Source: Deltaproteobacteria bacterium
Lineage (GTDB): Bacteria > Myxococcota_A > UBA9160 > SMWR01
DNA length: 64,000 bases
Direction: 5' to 3'
NCBI GenBank assembly: GCA_032128115.1
Contig: JAQBHB010000069.1
Location: 11,801 to 75,800 of the forward strand
Shown here: positions 1-9,903 of the stretch, piece by piece
Position numbering within the stretch: position 1 is the first letter of the stretch
How the letters are laid out: each line of letters opens with the position of its first letter
Program-made: the position numbers and the translations under genes
Notes under the pieces: generated by a model
Told to the model about the DNA's origin: nothing
Seen by the model: only the letters and a program-made list of their open reading frames with translations
Database searches by the model: none

Positions 1-569
1 CCCGTCACCAGCGAGCGCGTTCCCACGACGCTGTGTTCCCCGATGGAGGCGCCGCGCAGCACGCTCGCGTCCGAGGCGATCCACACGTGATCCCCGATCG
101 TGACGGGCTCTACCCGTTCCGGGTGCTCCGCGTCCAGAGGGTGCTGGTCTGCATCGAACACCCGCGTTCCGGGTCCGACAAAGACGCGGCGCCCCAGGGA
201 GACGCCGCGCTTGGCGCTCAGATGGCAGCCGTTGAGGAAGCACTCGGGACCGAGAACGATCTGCGCCGCTTCGAAGGCCACGATGTGGACCGGCCCCAGG
301 TCGGTGCGAAGCCAGACATCGCGCCCCACGTCCACGCGTGCGCCCGGCCCCAGCGAAAAGCGCAGCGCTCCGGCCCGGCGTTCGGTCACCACGCCGGGGC
401 CCAGGGTGAGGCGCGCGCCCGGAGCCAGCTCGTAGTGCGCCGACGCCAGATTCGTGCTGGCCTCCGGGTGGATCGCAAGGCCCGGGTGCTGGAACGCCAA
501 CCAGCGCAGGCGCAGGCGGTCGAATGCCTGGATCCAACGCAGTCGCAGGATGAGGAGGCGGCGCTGCAC
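1..569 (-). CDS. Hexapeptide-repeat (left-handed beta-helix) acyltransferase, 3' end outside the window
   Basis: Not in the ORF track. Manual translation from GTG at 569 gives VQRRLLILRLRW...VFDADQHPLD...EPVTIGDHVWIASDASVLRGASIGEHSVVGTRSLVT, the typical maltose/galactoside O-acetyltransferase C-terminal pattern. The start is uncertain. Confidence 0.85.
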   Translation of the reverse strand, partial: MQRRLLILRLRWIQAFDRLRLRWLAFQHPGLAIHPEASTNLASAHYELAPGARLTLGPGVVTERRAGALRFSLGPGARVDVGRDVWLRTDLGPVHIVAFEAAQIVLGPECFLNGCHLSAKRGVSLGRRVFVGPGTRVFDADQHPLDAEHPERVEPVTIGDHVWIASDASVLRGASIGEHSVVGTRSLVT

Positions 570-603
570 GCGACTGGTGGCAGTGGCACCGCGCCCCGCA
601 GGG

Positions 604-843
604 TCACCGGGCTGTGGTCTGACCTTCGCGGAGCCGGAAGGTGATGAAGCCGTGGGTAGGATCGTAGGGCGACACGCCCACCTGGACCTTGTCGCCGGGA
701 ATCACCCGGATCCGGAAGCGGCGCATGCGGCCCGAGAGCTGGGCCGTGACGATCTGACCACCGTCGAGTGTGATGCGGTAGCGCCCGCCGCCGAGGATCT
801 TCTCGACGGTGCCTGTTCCCTGGATCAGATCATCTCGCGCCAA
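604..843 (-). CDS. infA: Translation initiation factor IF-1
   Basis: TTG start after an AAGGA SD; MARDDLIQGTGTVEKILGGGRYRITLD...LSGRMRRFRIRVIPGDKVQVGVSPYDPTHGFITFR is the IF-1 OB-fold signature. Confidence 0.95.
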   Translation of the reverse strand: MARDDLIQGTGTVEKILGGGRYRITLDGGQIVTAQLSGRMRRFRIRVIPGDKVQVGVSPYDPTHGFITFRLREGQTTAR

Positions 844-1008
844 ACAGTCCTTCCAGTCCTTTCTTCGCTTCCTTCGGCCCCGGTTCGATCCGGGGGTTCT
901 CTTCCCGGTTCGATTCCGTGATTCCAGCGGCAACCGACGGTGAGGGCGGCAGATTAGCCCCTTGAAGGGGACCACGCATCGGGATCCTGAGGTAGCCTCT
1001 CGTGCGTA

Positions 1009-1101
<93 letters not shown>

Positions 1102-1117
1102 TCTCAGGAGTTGCGGC

Positions 1118-1234
1118 GAGCCGCGATCGCAGGGTCCCGCTCGATCACGAACCTCGTGAAATCCGTCAGGTCCGGAAGGAAGCAGCGGTAGCGGGGATTC
1201 GGTTGCGAGCGGGGGTGCCCTGCGATCCCGGCTC
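1118..1234 (+). ncRNA. ffs: Signal recognition particle RNA (4.5S)
   Basis: Conserved domain IV motif TCAGGTCCGGAAGGAAGCAGC (1166-1186) inside a long hairpin (GAGCCGCGATCGCAGGG / CCCTGCGATCCCGGCTC); usual position upstream of dnaX. Ends are approximate. Confidence 0.93.
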
Positions 1235-1288
1235 TCCACAAACCCTCGGCGCCAAGGCGCCGGCGGAGCCCGAGGAGTTCCACTCCCC

Positions 1289-2947
1289 TTGAGCTATCAG
1301 GTCCTCGCACGCAAGTGGCGGCCCCAGAGCTTCGACGACGTCGCCGGCCAGGCCCACGTCACGGTCCCCCTGCGCAACGCCATCCGGTCCGACCGGGTGT
1401 CCCATGCCATCCTGCTCACGGGCCCTCGAGGTGTCGGGAAGACCACTCTGGCGAGAATCCTGGCGCGCTGTCTCAACTGCGAGAAGGGTCCCACCGACAC
1501 GCCGTGCGGTGAGTGCAGCGCGTGTCACGAAATCTCCGCCGGCAGCTCCACCGACGTCCAGGAGATCGACGCGGCGAGCCGCACCAGCGTCGACGACGTG
1601 CGGGAGCTGATCGAAGCCGTCCGCTACGCGCCCTCGCCAGGCAAGCACCGCATCTTCGTGGTCGACGAGGTGCACATGCTCTCCACCGCGGCCTTCAACG
1701 CGCTGTTGAAGACCCTGGAAGAGCCGCCTCCCCGCAGTCTGTTCGTATTCGCCACCACGAATCCCGAGAAAATCCCCTTCACGGTCTTGTCGCGGTGCCA
1801 GCGCTACGACCTGCGGCGCATCGCTACCGCCGAGATCGTCGAACGCCTGACGCTGATCGCGAAGTCCGAGAAGTTCGGCATCTCCGAAGCCAGCCTGTTG
1901 GCGATTGCCCGCGAAGCCGACGGCTCCATGCGCGACGCCCAGACCCTGCTCGACCAGGTGATCGCCTTCGGTGGCTCGAAGATCGAGGACAGCCAGGTAG
2001 CCGACGTGCTCGACCTGATCGACCGCCGCGTGCTGTTGGCCATCCTTGCGGCGTGTGTGGACGGGGATGCGGAGCGGGCGCTCGAGGCCTGCGGGCGCGC
2101 GGCCGAGGCGGGCGTGGACGCGAAGCGCCTGGGCGAGAACCTGCTGCAACTGACTCGCGACCTGGTGGTGCTGCGCATCGCCTCCGGAGCGCCACAGCTG
2201 GTCGAGGGCACCGAAGACGAGATCGGCGAGCTTCGAGGTCTGGCCCAGCGCACGGACGAGGCGCGCCTGCGGCGCATGTTTCGCGCCCTCCTCAAGGAGC
2301 AAGAAGACCTGGCGTGGGCCCCCCAGCCGTTCGCCGTGCTCGAGATGGCTGTGGTACGACTGGCCAGCATGCCCGCTGGCGACGATGTGGCGCGGTTGTT
2401 GGCCCGCCTGGATGCCCTGGAGCGCAACCTCAGGGGTGGCGGGAGCGGAGACCCGAGTGCCCCCCCGGCCAACCGCGGCCCCGGGGGCCGCACCGAGAGC
2501 AAGCCGCCCCGCAAGCCGGCCGCCGCGGCTCCGGACACGGCGCGAAGCGGCGAGAACGCCCCCCTTCCCGTCGTCTTCGATCGGCTCCGGGACGTGGCCT
2601 GCAAGAGCAATCCCGGGCTCTACGCGGCACTCGAGGGCGGAACGCTGTTGGAGTGCAGCCAGGAGATGCTGCGCATCCGGGTGCCCCAGAGCTTCTCGGC
2701 CCAGCGCCTGGAGGATCGTCGCAGCGCCCTGGAGGCGGCCTGCGAGGGTTTCTTCGGCCGGCCCCTGCGGGTCGAGATCGAGTCCGCGGCGGGTCCCGTG
2801 GAGACCGGCGAGCCGGGGGCGCTTCCGAACGCCGAAGCCGTGCGCCAGCTGCGGAAACAGGCCCTGGAACACCCGGCGGTGAACGAGGCGATCGATGCCC
2901 TGGACGGGGAGATCATCGAGATCCGTCCCCTGGGAGGCGGACGATGA
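1289..2947 (+). CDS. dnaX: DNA polymerase III subunit gamma/tau
   Basis: MSYQVLARKWRPQSF, Walker A GPRGVGKTT, Zn-finger CLNC...CGECSAC, DEVHML, SRC motif. Confidence 0.97.
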   Translation: MSYQVLARKWRPQSFDDVAGQAHVTVPLRNAIRSDRVSHAILLTGPRGVGKTTLARILARCLNCEKGPTDTPCGECSACHEISAGSSTDVQEIDAASRTSVDDVRELIEAVRYAPSPGKHRIFVVDEVHMLSTAAFNALLKTLEEPPPRSLFVFATTNPEKIPFTVLSRCQRYDLRRIATAEIVERLTLIAKSEKFGISEASLLAIAREADGSMRDAQTLLDQVIAFGGSKIEDSQVADVLDLIDRRVLLAILAACVDGDAERALEACGRAAEAGVDAKRLGENLLQLTRDLVVLRIASGAPQLVEGTEDEIGELRGLAQRTDEARLRRMFRALLKEQEDLAWAPQPFAVLEMAVVRLASMPAGDDVARLLARLDALERNLRGGGSGDPSAPPANRGPGGRTESKPPRKPAAAAPDTARSGENAPLPVVFDRLRDVACKSNPGLYAALEGGTLLECSQEMLRIRVPQSFSAQRLEDRRSALEAACEGFFGRPLRVEIESAAGPVETGEPGALPNAEAVRQLRKQALEHPAVNEAIDALDGEIIEIRPLGGGR

Positions 2948-3276
2948 CGGGACCGGACCTGGAGGGCCTGATGGCTCGGGCGCGAGAGATGCAGGAGCGC
3001 CTGGCCAGGATCCAACAAGATCTCGCCACCCGGCGCGTGGAGGGCTCGGCCGGGGGCGGCATGGTCACGGCCGTGGCCACGGGCGAGCTGCGCATCCTGC
3101 AGATCGAGATCGAACCCTCGCTGCTCGAGAGCGGCGACCGGGCCATGATCCAGGACCTGGTGGCCTCGGCGGTGAACGCCGCACTGACCAACGCCCAGAA
3201 GATGATCCAGCAGGAGCTGCAGCAGGTCTCCGGTGGCCTCTCACTCCCCCTGCCATTCCCGCCCGGAGACGGGTAG
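2944..3276 (+). CDS. ybaB: YbaB/EbfC nucleoid-associated protein
   Basis: ATG overlapping the dnaX stop; VEGSAGGGMVTAVATG...MIQDLVASAVNAAL; conserved dnaX-ybaB-recR order. Confidence 0.93.
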   Translation: MTGPDLEGLMARAREMQERLARIQQDLATRRVEGSAGGGMVTAVATGELRILQIEIEPSLLESGDRAMIQDLVASAVNAALTNAQKMIQQELQQVSGGLSLPLPFPPGDG

Positions 3277-3283
3277 GCGACCC

Positions 3284-3883
3284 TTGAGGACATCCCCTCC
3301 CATCGAACGCCTGGTGGCCTGCTTGAAGCGACTCCCGGGCATCGGCGAGAAGTCGGCCACGCGTCTCGCATTCTACCTGCTGGGGGCACCGGAGGCCTCG
3401 GTCGAGGAGCTGGCAGACGCCATCGCACGCCTCAAGAAGGAGACCGTGTTGTGTGAGCAATGTTTCGACCTCACCGATGCCTCTCCCTGTGCCGTGTGCC
3501 GCGACGACCGACGCGACGCCTCGATCCTGTGTGTCGTGGAAGAGCCCTCAGACCTGGCCGCCATCGAACGGACCCACCGTTTCCAGGGCCACTACCACGT
3601 GCTGGGTGGCGCCCTGGCTCCGATCGATGGTGTCGGCGCCGGCGATCTGCGCATCGCGGATCTCGAGAAGCGCGTAAAGGCCGGTGGGGTGCGCGAAGTG
3701 ATCCTGGCCACCAATCCCAACGCCGAAGGCGACGCCACGGCCCACTACATCAGCGACCGACTGCGCTCCACAGGAGTGGCCGTCACCCGGATCGCCTACG
3801 GCATGCCGCTGGGAGGCGACCTCGAGTACGCCGACCACGTGACGATCGGTCTCTCGATGGAGAACCGGAAGGCAATGGACTGA
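3284..3883 (+). CDS. recR: Recombination mediator RecR
   Basis: HhH LPGIGEKSATRLAF, C4 zinc finger, TOPRIM EVILATNPNAEGDATA, RIAYGMPLGGDLEY; TTG start inferred. Confidence 0.96.
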   Translation: MRTSPPIERLVACLKRLPGIGEKSATRLAFYLLGAPEASVEELADAIARLKKETVLCEQCFDLTDASPCAVCRDDRRDASILCVVEEPSDLAAIERTHRFQGHYHVLGGALAPIDGVGAGDLRIADLEKRVKAGGVREVILATNPNAEGDATAHYISDRLRSTGVAVTRIAYGMPLGGDLEYADHVTIGLSMENRKAMD

Positions 3884-4045
3884 ACCCTTCGCCCCGGGCT
3901 TTTCGCGGCCCGGTGGGCCTAAAGCCCTGCGCGACGACTGCCGATCTCAGCGCGCAGGGTCGAGCTTGCTGCGGAGTCCAGCTCCGGGGTAGCTTCTCCG
4001 TGGAATACCCTTTTCCGGCCACGCGCTTACCGGGGCAACCTGCCG

Positions 4046-4537
4046 ATGAACGACTCGCAGCTCGTATTGTACGACGAGGACTACCGGAAGGTTCTCGCCG
4101 TCATTCAGCGGCTGGTCAAGGACGCCAACGCCAAGGGCTGCTTCGTGGTCGATCGCAACGGACAGCTCATCGGCGAGGCCGGTGAGATGCGGGGCATCGA
4201 CACCACGAGCCTCGCGTCGCTCACGGCCGGCAGCATCGCCGCCACCTGCGGCCTGGCGAAGATCGTCGGCGAGGAAGAATTCCCGATCCACTATCACCAG
4301 GGTCAGAAGGACAACCTTCACATGACCCTGGTTGCACGCCGGATCATCCTGGTCATCGTGTTCGACGACCGCAGCTCCCTGGGGCTGGTTCGTCTGCGCG
4401 TCAAGAAGGCCGGCAGCGAGCTGGCTCGGGTCTTCGAGGAGATCCAGAGGAAGACCAACCAGGCCCAGGGGACCGACGCGGCCACACCGTTCGCCGAAAT
4501 TACAGACGAGGACATCGACAATCTGTTCTCGGGTTGA
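4046..4537 (+). CDS. mglB: Roadblock/LC7 protein, MglA GTPase-activating protein MglB
   Basis: IDTTSLASLTAGSIAAT.GLAKIVGEEEF; SSLGLVRLRVKKA; C-terminal PFAEITDEDIDNLFS; directly upstream of mglA. Confidence 0.93.
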   Translation: MNDSQLVLYDEDYRKVLAVIQRLVKDANAKGCFVVDRNGQLIGEAGEMRGIDTTSLASLTAGSIAATCGLAKIVGEEEFPIHYHQGQKDNLHMTLVARRIILVIVFDDRSSLGLVRLRVKKAGSELARVFEEIQRKTNQAQGTDAATPFAEITDEDIDNLFSG

Positions 4538-4546
4538 CGCACCAAC

Positions 4547-5137
4547 ATGTCGTTCATCAATTACTCGTCGCGTGAGATCAACTGCAAGATCGTCTACTAC
4601 GGTCCCGGCCTGTGTGGGAAGACGACGAACCTGCAGCACATCTACACCAAGACCAATCCCGACCTGAAGGGCAAGATGATCTCGCTGGCCACGGAGACCG
4701 AGCGCACGCTCTTCTTCGACTTCCTGCCCCTGGCACTGGGCCAGATCCGCGGCTTCAAGACGCGTTTCCACCTCTACACGGTGCCCGGTCAGGTCTTCTA
4801 CGACGCCAGTCGCAAGCTGATCCTCAAGGGCGTGGATGGGGTGGTGTTCGTGGCCGACAGCCAGGTGGAGCGGATGGAGGCAAACCTGGAGAGCTTCGAC
4901 AACCTGAAGCTCAACCTCCAGGAACAGGGCTACGAGCTGGCCAAGGTTCCCCTGGTCGTTCAGTACAACAAGCGCGACCTGCCCAACGCGGCGCCCCTGG
5001 ACGAGATGCGCCGCCTGCTCAACCCGTCGGGCGCCGTGGAGTTCGAAGCCGCCGCCACCAGCGGCAAGGGCGTCTTCGAGACCCTGAAGGCCGTCGCCCG
5101 CGGCGTCCTGAACGACCTCAAGAAGGGCGGGCGCTAG
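4547..5137 (+). CDS. mglA: Small Ras-like GTPase MglA
   Basis: [47 protein letters not shown]. Confidence 0.97.
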   Translation: MSFINYSSREINCKIVYYGPGLCGKTTNLQHIYTKTNPDLKGKMISLATETERTLFFDFLPLALGQIRGFKTRFHLYTVPGQVFYDASRKLILKGVDGVVFVADSQVERMEANLESFDNLKLNLQEQGYELAKVPLVVQYNKRDLPNAAPLDEMRRLLNPSGAVEFEAAATSGKGVFETLKAVARGVLNDLKKGGR

Positions 5138-5174
5138 CGAACCGTCCCTCGCCATCCGGGGTTAGAATCCCGGG

Positions 5175-5996
5175 GTGCCGCTGATCTCGGTACACGGGCG
5201 CGCGGTCTACCACGAACTGCACGGGGATCACCCGGGCGTCCCCCTGGTGCTCATCATGGGGATGGGGGGCTCGTGCCGCGGCTGGTTGCCGCTGCAGGTG
5301 CCCGAGTTCTCCCAGAAGCGCCGCACCCTGATCTTCGATCATCGAGGCGTCGGGAACACCGACGATCCCGGGGGCCCCTTCACCACTGCCGATCTGGCGG
5401 ATGACGCTGCCTCGCTCCTCGATCGCCTGGAGATCGAACGGGCCGACGTGCTCGGGGCCTTCATGGGAGGCATGGTGGCCCAGGAGCTCTCGCTGCGGCA
5501 CCCGGAGCGGGTTGCACGCGGCGTGCTGGTGGGCACCTATGCGCGCCCCGACGCCAAGCGCAGGCTCCTGCTGGAACTGTGGCGCGATCTGGCTCGCAGC
5601 CAGGTCCCCCTGGAGACCATGATCCGGGAGCGGCTGCTTTGGACGCTGCAAGACGAGACGCTGGAGCAGACGGACCTCATCGAGAGCATGCTGGAGTTCT
5701 TCACCCGCGACGGCGCGCCCCTCTCCAACGACCTGTTCGCGCGTCAGTGCGACGCCTGCCTGAACCACGATACAGCCGACCGGCTGCGTGAGATCCGGCA
5801 GCGGATGCTGGTGGTGTGCGGCCGCCGCGACCAGCTCACGCCCCCGAAGTTCCACAGGGAGTTGGCCGACGCGATCCCCGACGCCACCCTGGTGACCATC
5901 GCCTCCGGCGGCCACCTGGTGATGGCCGAGTCCGCCGAACGCTTCAACCATGCGGTTCTGCAGTTCCTGGAAGACGGGCGGTCGCGCGCCCCCTGA
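5175..5996 (+). CDS. Alpha/beta-fold hydrolase-like protein; nucleophile position reads Phe
   Basis: FDHRGVG, nucleophile elbow GAFMGG (canonical GxSxGG), acid GRRDQL, His GGHL. Confidence 0.88.
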   Translation: MPLISVHGRAVYHELHGDHPGVPLVLIMGMGGSCRGWLPLQVPEFSQKRRTLIFDHRGVGNTDDPGGPFTTADLADDAASLLDRLEIERADVLGAFMGGMVAQELSLRHPERVARGVLVGTYARPDAKRRLLLELWRDLARSQVPLETMIRERLLWTLQDETLEQTDLIESMLEFFTRDGAPLSNDLFARQCDACLNHDTADRLREIRQRMLVVCGRRDQLTPPKFHRELADAIPDATLVTIASGGHLVMAESAERFNHAVLQFLEDGRSRAP

Positions 5997-6062
5997 CTCC
6001 CGCCTGAGGTCGTGCGAGGCCCATCGCGAGACGCCACCGGGTGTCGCTTCCCGGGTTCGACT

Positions 6063-6782
6063 TCAGCGACAGGTACGGATCGCAAGGGCGGACGCCGTGG
6101 CGGCCAGCACCGGGTCGCGTGTGAGGCAGGCGCGCAGACTCCGGCCGGTATGGCCGGAGGGGGCACCCACCAGGACACGGTTGTCGTAGTCGCGCACCTG
6201 GATACACAGGGTTGCCGGAAACAGTGCGCGCATGGCGGCCTCCACGGCGGGCGCCTCGTCGATGGCGTTGCTGACCAGGACACCGCCCCTTCGCAGCAGT
6301 CGTGCCGCGCGGGCCAGGCCGGGACTCGGAAGCCAGTCGGGTTTGTGCAGGGCGCGAGCGCGGCCCGTGAACACGTCCTCGAGTACCGCGTCGTGGCGGG
6401 CCCGGGTGCGCTCCAGGTGCTCGCGGGCGTCGCCCACCACTACCTGCACGCCCAGGTCGTCGAGATCGAACCAGCGGCGAGCCGCGCGAACCACCTCCGG
6501 ATCGCGCTCGACCCCGACGATGCGGGCCCGGGGGGCCAGGGCGCGGATGATCCGCGCCACACTGCCCCCACCCAGGCCCAGCACCAGGAACGAGCGACGC
6601 CGGGCGGGCGGCAGCAGCAGCAGCGGCGCCGCCAGGGCGTCCCAGACCGAGCCGGTGGTGGCGCTCCCGGGCGCATACCAGGACGCGAATGTTCCGTCCA
6701 CGCGCAGCGTGCGCCCGCGGCGCCCCTGCGTGACCTCCACTCGCGCGCGCCGCTCGGCCAAAACCCGTCTCCTCCGCTGCAT
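6063..6782 (-). CDS. Spermidine synthase-like class I SAM-dependent transferase
   Basis: LRVDGTFAS, VLGLGGGS, GVERDPEVV, GDAR, DAVLEDVF; start at the internal ATG inferred. Confidence 0.85.
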   Translation of the reverse strand: MQRRRRVLAERRARVEVTQGRRGRTLRVDGTFASWYAPGSATTGSVWDALAAPLLLLPPARRRSFLVLGLGGGSVARIIRALAPRARIVGVERDPEVVRAARRWFDLDDLGVQVVVGDAREHLERTRARHDAVLEDVFTGRARALHKPDWLPSPGLARAARLLRRGGVLVSNAIDEAPAVEAAMRALFPATLCIQVRDYDNRVLVGAPSGHTGRSLRACLTRDPVLAATASALAIRTCR

Positions 6783-6840
6783 CCCCGAGCATCTGGCGCC
6801 GTCGGGCGCGTGGGACGGGGCACCCGTAGAATGGCAAGCC

Positions 6841-9285
6841 ATGGGGGACCTGTTCGCGCCGATCGACGCACCCGTGGCAAGCGTCGCACTGCCGGTGCCG
6901 GTTCGCCGCCTGTTCGACTACACCATTCCCGCGGAACTCGCCGCCAGCGCCCTGCCCGGCTGCCGCGTACAGGTGCCGTTCCGCGCGCGCCACCTGACCG
7001 GTGTGATCGTCGAACGCCAGGCCCACAGCTCCGCGCGTGAGGGCCTGCTGCCACTCACGAGGGTGGTGGACGACGAGCCGGTGCTGTCGACCGCGATGAT
7101 GGCCATGCTCCGCGAGGCCGCCGACGAGATCCTTTGCCCGGTGGGCCTTGCCCTGTTCGCGGCGCTCCCCAGCGGATCGGCACCCCGGCGACTGGCGTGC
7201 CACGCCATCACGCCTCTGGGTCGTCGGGCCCTTGCAGAGGACGCCGTCGACCCTCGGGTGCGCGCCGCCCTCGTGTCCCTGGAGGATCGGCCGCGATCGA
7301 CCGCGATCCTGCGGACCAGCCTGGCGCCCGAGGATCTCTCGAACCTGGAGCGCGACGGCCTGGTGGTGCGAACCGCCGTGGATCGCGCGCCTTCTGCGCG
7401 ACCGGCGCGCATCCGCGTCGCGCGGGTCGAAGACGACGTGGACGTCCCGGCCGCGGCCGCGGGTCCCCTGGCCCGCGCGCCGCGCCAGGCAGAGTTGCTC
7501 CGGTACCTGGCCGAACGCGGCCCCCTGCCCTCACTGGATCTCACGGGCGAATTCCCGGGCGCGAGCCCGCTGCTGCGCGCCCTGGTGGCCCGCAAACTCG
7601 CCCGGATCGAGGAACGGCCCGCCGCGACCGAAGTGATCGCCATTGCCGACGAGCCGGCGCCCCGCGTCACGCCGACGCCGGACCAGGCGAGGGCTCTCGA
7701 AACCATCTGGGCAGCCATGCGCGAGGGCCGACACGAGATCTTCCTGCTCCACGGCGTCACCGGCAGCGGCAAGACCGAGGTCTACCTGCGCGCCATCCAG
7801 GAAGCCCTGGGTTCGGGCCGCCAGGCCCTGGTGCTGGTGCCGGAGATCTCGCTCACCCATCAGATGGTCGAGCGACTGCGCCAGCGCTTCGGCGACAACC
7901 TGGCCGTGCTGCACAGCGGAATGCGTCCGCGACAGCGACTCGAGCAGTGGCAGCGCCTGCGCAGCGGCTCCACGCCGATCGCCGTGGGCGCGCGCTCGGC
8001 TCTGTTCGCCCCCCTGGAGAAACTCGGCCTGATCGTGGTCGATGAGGAGCACGATTCCGCTTACAAGAACGACGAGGGCTTCCGCTACCACGCTCGCGAC
8101 CTCGCGACCCGGCTCGGTCGGGGTGCGGCCTGTCCCCTGGTGCTGGGCTCCGCCACGCCGTGCCTGGAGACGCGCTTCGCCGCCGACCGGGGCGAGCTGC
8201 GGCGGCTGGCGCTGCCCCACCGGGTGGGCCGGCGCCCGCTTCCCGCCGTGACCGTGGTCGACCTGGCACGCGAGCGCGAGCGCGCGCCGCGGGGCGAGCG
8301 GGTGATCCTCTCGCCGCCCCTGCGTCGCGCCATGGCCGACACCCTGGCCGACGGCGGCCAGACCATCCTGTTCCTGAACCGGCGGGGCTTCTCCACCCAG
8401 GTGCTGTGCTTCGACTGTGGCGCCGCCGAGCGCTGCCCCCATTGCGACATCACGCTGGTGTACCACGCGACGGAACAGAAACTCCGCTGCCACTACTGCG
8501 ACCACTCGGTTCCACCGCCGGAGGCCTGTTCCCAGTGCGGCGCGCCGGATACGGCGCTCCTGGGGATCGGGACGCAACGGGTGGAGGAGGAGGTGCGCAG
8601 CCGCTTTCCCGACGCGCGTATCGCGCGGCTCGATCGGGACACCGCACGCGTGCGGGGATACACCGAAGACGTGCTGCAACGCATCCGCCACCGGAAACTC
8701 GACATCCTGATCGGAACCCAGATCGTCGCCAAGGGTCACGACTACCCGGGGGTGCGGCTGGTAGGCGTGGTGCTGGCCGATACCGGGCTGCACATGCCGG
8801 ACTTTCGTGCGGCGGAGCGCACCTTCCAGCTGCTGACGCAGGTGGCCGGGCGCGCCGGACGCGACGCGTCGCCCGGGCGCGTCATCGTGCAGACCTTCTC
8901 CCCGGACCACTACGCCATCCGACCGGTGGTGGATCACGACTTCGAGCGCTTCTACCTGGAGGAGCTCGGCCACCGGGCCGCACTGGGCTACCCGCCCTTC
9001 GGGCACCTGGCCCACGCGCTCGTGTCGGGAACCGACGCCGGCCAGGCCCGGGCCGCAGCCGTCAGCCTGGCCGAGGCCCTGGCGTCGAGTCGCGATATCG
9101 AGGTGCTGGGACCGGCACCGGCACCGCTCTCCCGCCTGCGCGGCCGTTATCGCTTCCAGCTGCTGGTCAAGGCCGCCAACCGCGAGACCCTGCGCCGCGC
9201 CGCCGAACGCCTGTGGGAAAGGGCTGCGACGCTTCCGCCCGCGATCCAGGCAAGCGTGGACACCCATCCGATCAACATGCTATGA
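6841..9285 (+). CDS. priA: Primosomal protein N' (replication restart helicase)
   Basis: LFDY N-terminus, HGVTGSGKTEVY, DEEHD, SAT, LNRRGF, two C4 zinc knuckles, QVAGRAGR. Confidence 0.97.
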   Translation: MGDLFAPIDAPVASVALPVPVRRLFDYTIPAELAASALPGCRVQVPFRARHLTGVIVERQAHSSAREGLLPLTRVVDDEPVLSTAMMAMLREAADEILCPVGLALFAALPSGSAPRRLACHAITPLGRRALAEDAVDPRVRAALVSLEDRPRSTAILRTSLAPEDLSNLERDGLVVRTAVDRAPSARPARIRVARVEDDVDVPAAAAGPLARAPRQAELLRYLAERGPLPSLDLTGEFPGASPLLRALVARKLARIEERPAATEVIAIADEPAPRVTPTPDQARALETIWAAMREGRHEIFLLHGVTGSGKTEVYLRAIQEALGSGRQALVLVPEISLTHQMVERLRQRFGDNLAVLHSGMRPRQRLEQWQRLRSGSTPIAVGARSALFAPLEKLGLIVVDEEHDSAYKNDEGFRYHARDLATRLGRGAACPLVLGSATPCLETRFAADRGELRRLALPHRVGRRPLPAVTVVDLARERERAPRGERVILSPPLRRAMADTLADGGQTILFLNRRGFSTQVLCFDCGAAERCPHCDITLVYHATEQKLRCHYCDHSVPPPEACSQCGAPDTALLGIGTQRVEEEVRSRFPDARIARLDRDTARVRGYTEDVLQRIRHRKLDILIGTQIVAKGHDYPGVRLVGVVLADTGLHMPDFRAAERTFQLLTQVAGRAGRDASPGRVIVQTFSPDHYAIRPVVDHDFERFYLEELGHRAALGYPPFGHLAHALVSGTDAGQARAAAVSLAEALASSRDIEVLGPAPAPLSRLRGRYRFQLLVKAANRETLRRAAERLWERAATLPPAIQASVDTHPINML

Positions 9286-9356
9286 AATCTCCATCCCCCG
9301 GGGAACCCGAAACGTGCACAGACCTGTGCATCCACCGACGGAAAAGCGATCTCCAC

Positions 9357-9899
9357 ATGGCCATCCGGGAAGTCCTGAAATTCCCCGATAATCGCCTGCG
9401 CGGCGTCTCGAAGCCCATCGTGGACGTGACCGATGCGATCCGCGAGCTCGCGAGCGACATGCTGGAGGTGATGTATGACGAGCCGGGCATCGGACTCGCG
9501 GCACCCCAGGTGGGCGAACCCGTGCGCCTGATCGTGGTGGATACAGAGTGGAACCAGGAGGACGCCGAGCGGAACCCGCTGACCCTGGTGAACCCGGAAA
9601 TCCACGAGCCAGGGGGCAAGCTGATCTGGACCGAGGGCTGTCTGTCGGTGCCCGACTTCGAAGCCGAGGTGGAGCGAGCCGAGCGGGTCGTGCTGCGAGC
9701 GCGCGATCTGGACGGGAACGCCGTGGAGATCGAGGCCCAGGACCTTCAGGCCGTCTGCTTCCAGCACGAGGTCGACCACCTCAACGGCGTCCTGTTCATC
9801 GACCACATCAGCCGCCTCAAGCGCAATCTGTACGTGCAGAAGCGCAAGAAGCAGCTCCGTCGGGAGCTGGACGAGTCCGGCTCCGCGACGCTGGTCTAG
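9357..9899 (+). CDS. def: Peptide deformylase
   Basis: GIGLAAPQVG, EGCLS, QHEVDHLNG. Confidence 0.97.
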   Translation: MAIREVLKFPDNRLRGVSKPIVDVTDAIRELASDMLEVMYDEPGIGLAAPQVGEPVRLIVVDTEWNQEDAERNPLTLVNPEIHEPGGKLIWTEGCLSVPDFEAEVERAERVVLRARDLDGNAVEIEAQDLQAVCFQHEVDHLNGVLFIDHISRLKRNLYVQKRKKQLRRELDESGSATLV

Positions 9900-9903
9900 C
9901 CCG

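Noticed and set aside
33..644. 203-aa plus-strand ORF
   Set aside because: Antisense shadow of the minus-strand hexapeptide acyltransferase, which carries the recognisable motifs
2460..2466. C7 run in dnaX as a possible gamma/tau frameshift site
   Set aside because: Known dnaX signals are A-rich (A AAA AAG or A9); this run lies in a Pro-rich linker and is expected at high GC
9315..9330. Perfect palindrome TGCACAG-AC-CTGTGCA upstream of def
   Set aside because: Could be an operator or small hairpin, but it is single-copy here with no supporting regulator or promoter context
8160..9899. 579-aa ORF suggesting a long N-terminal extension on Def
   Set aside because: The upstream part is an alternate frame of priA; Def homology starts at ATG 9357
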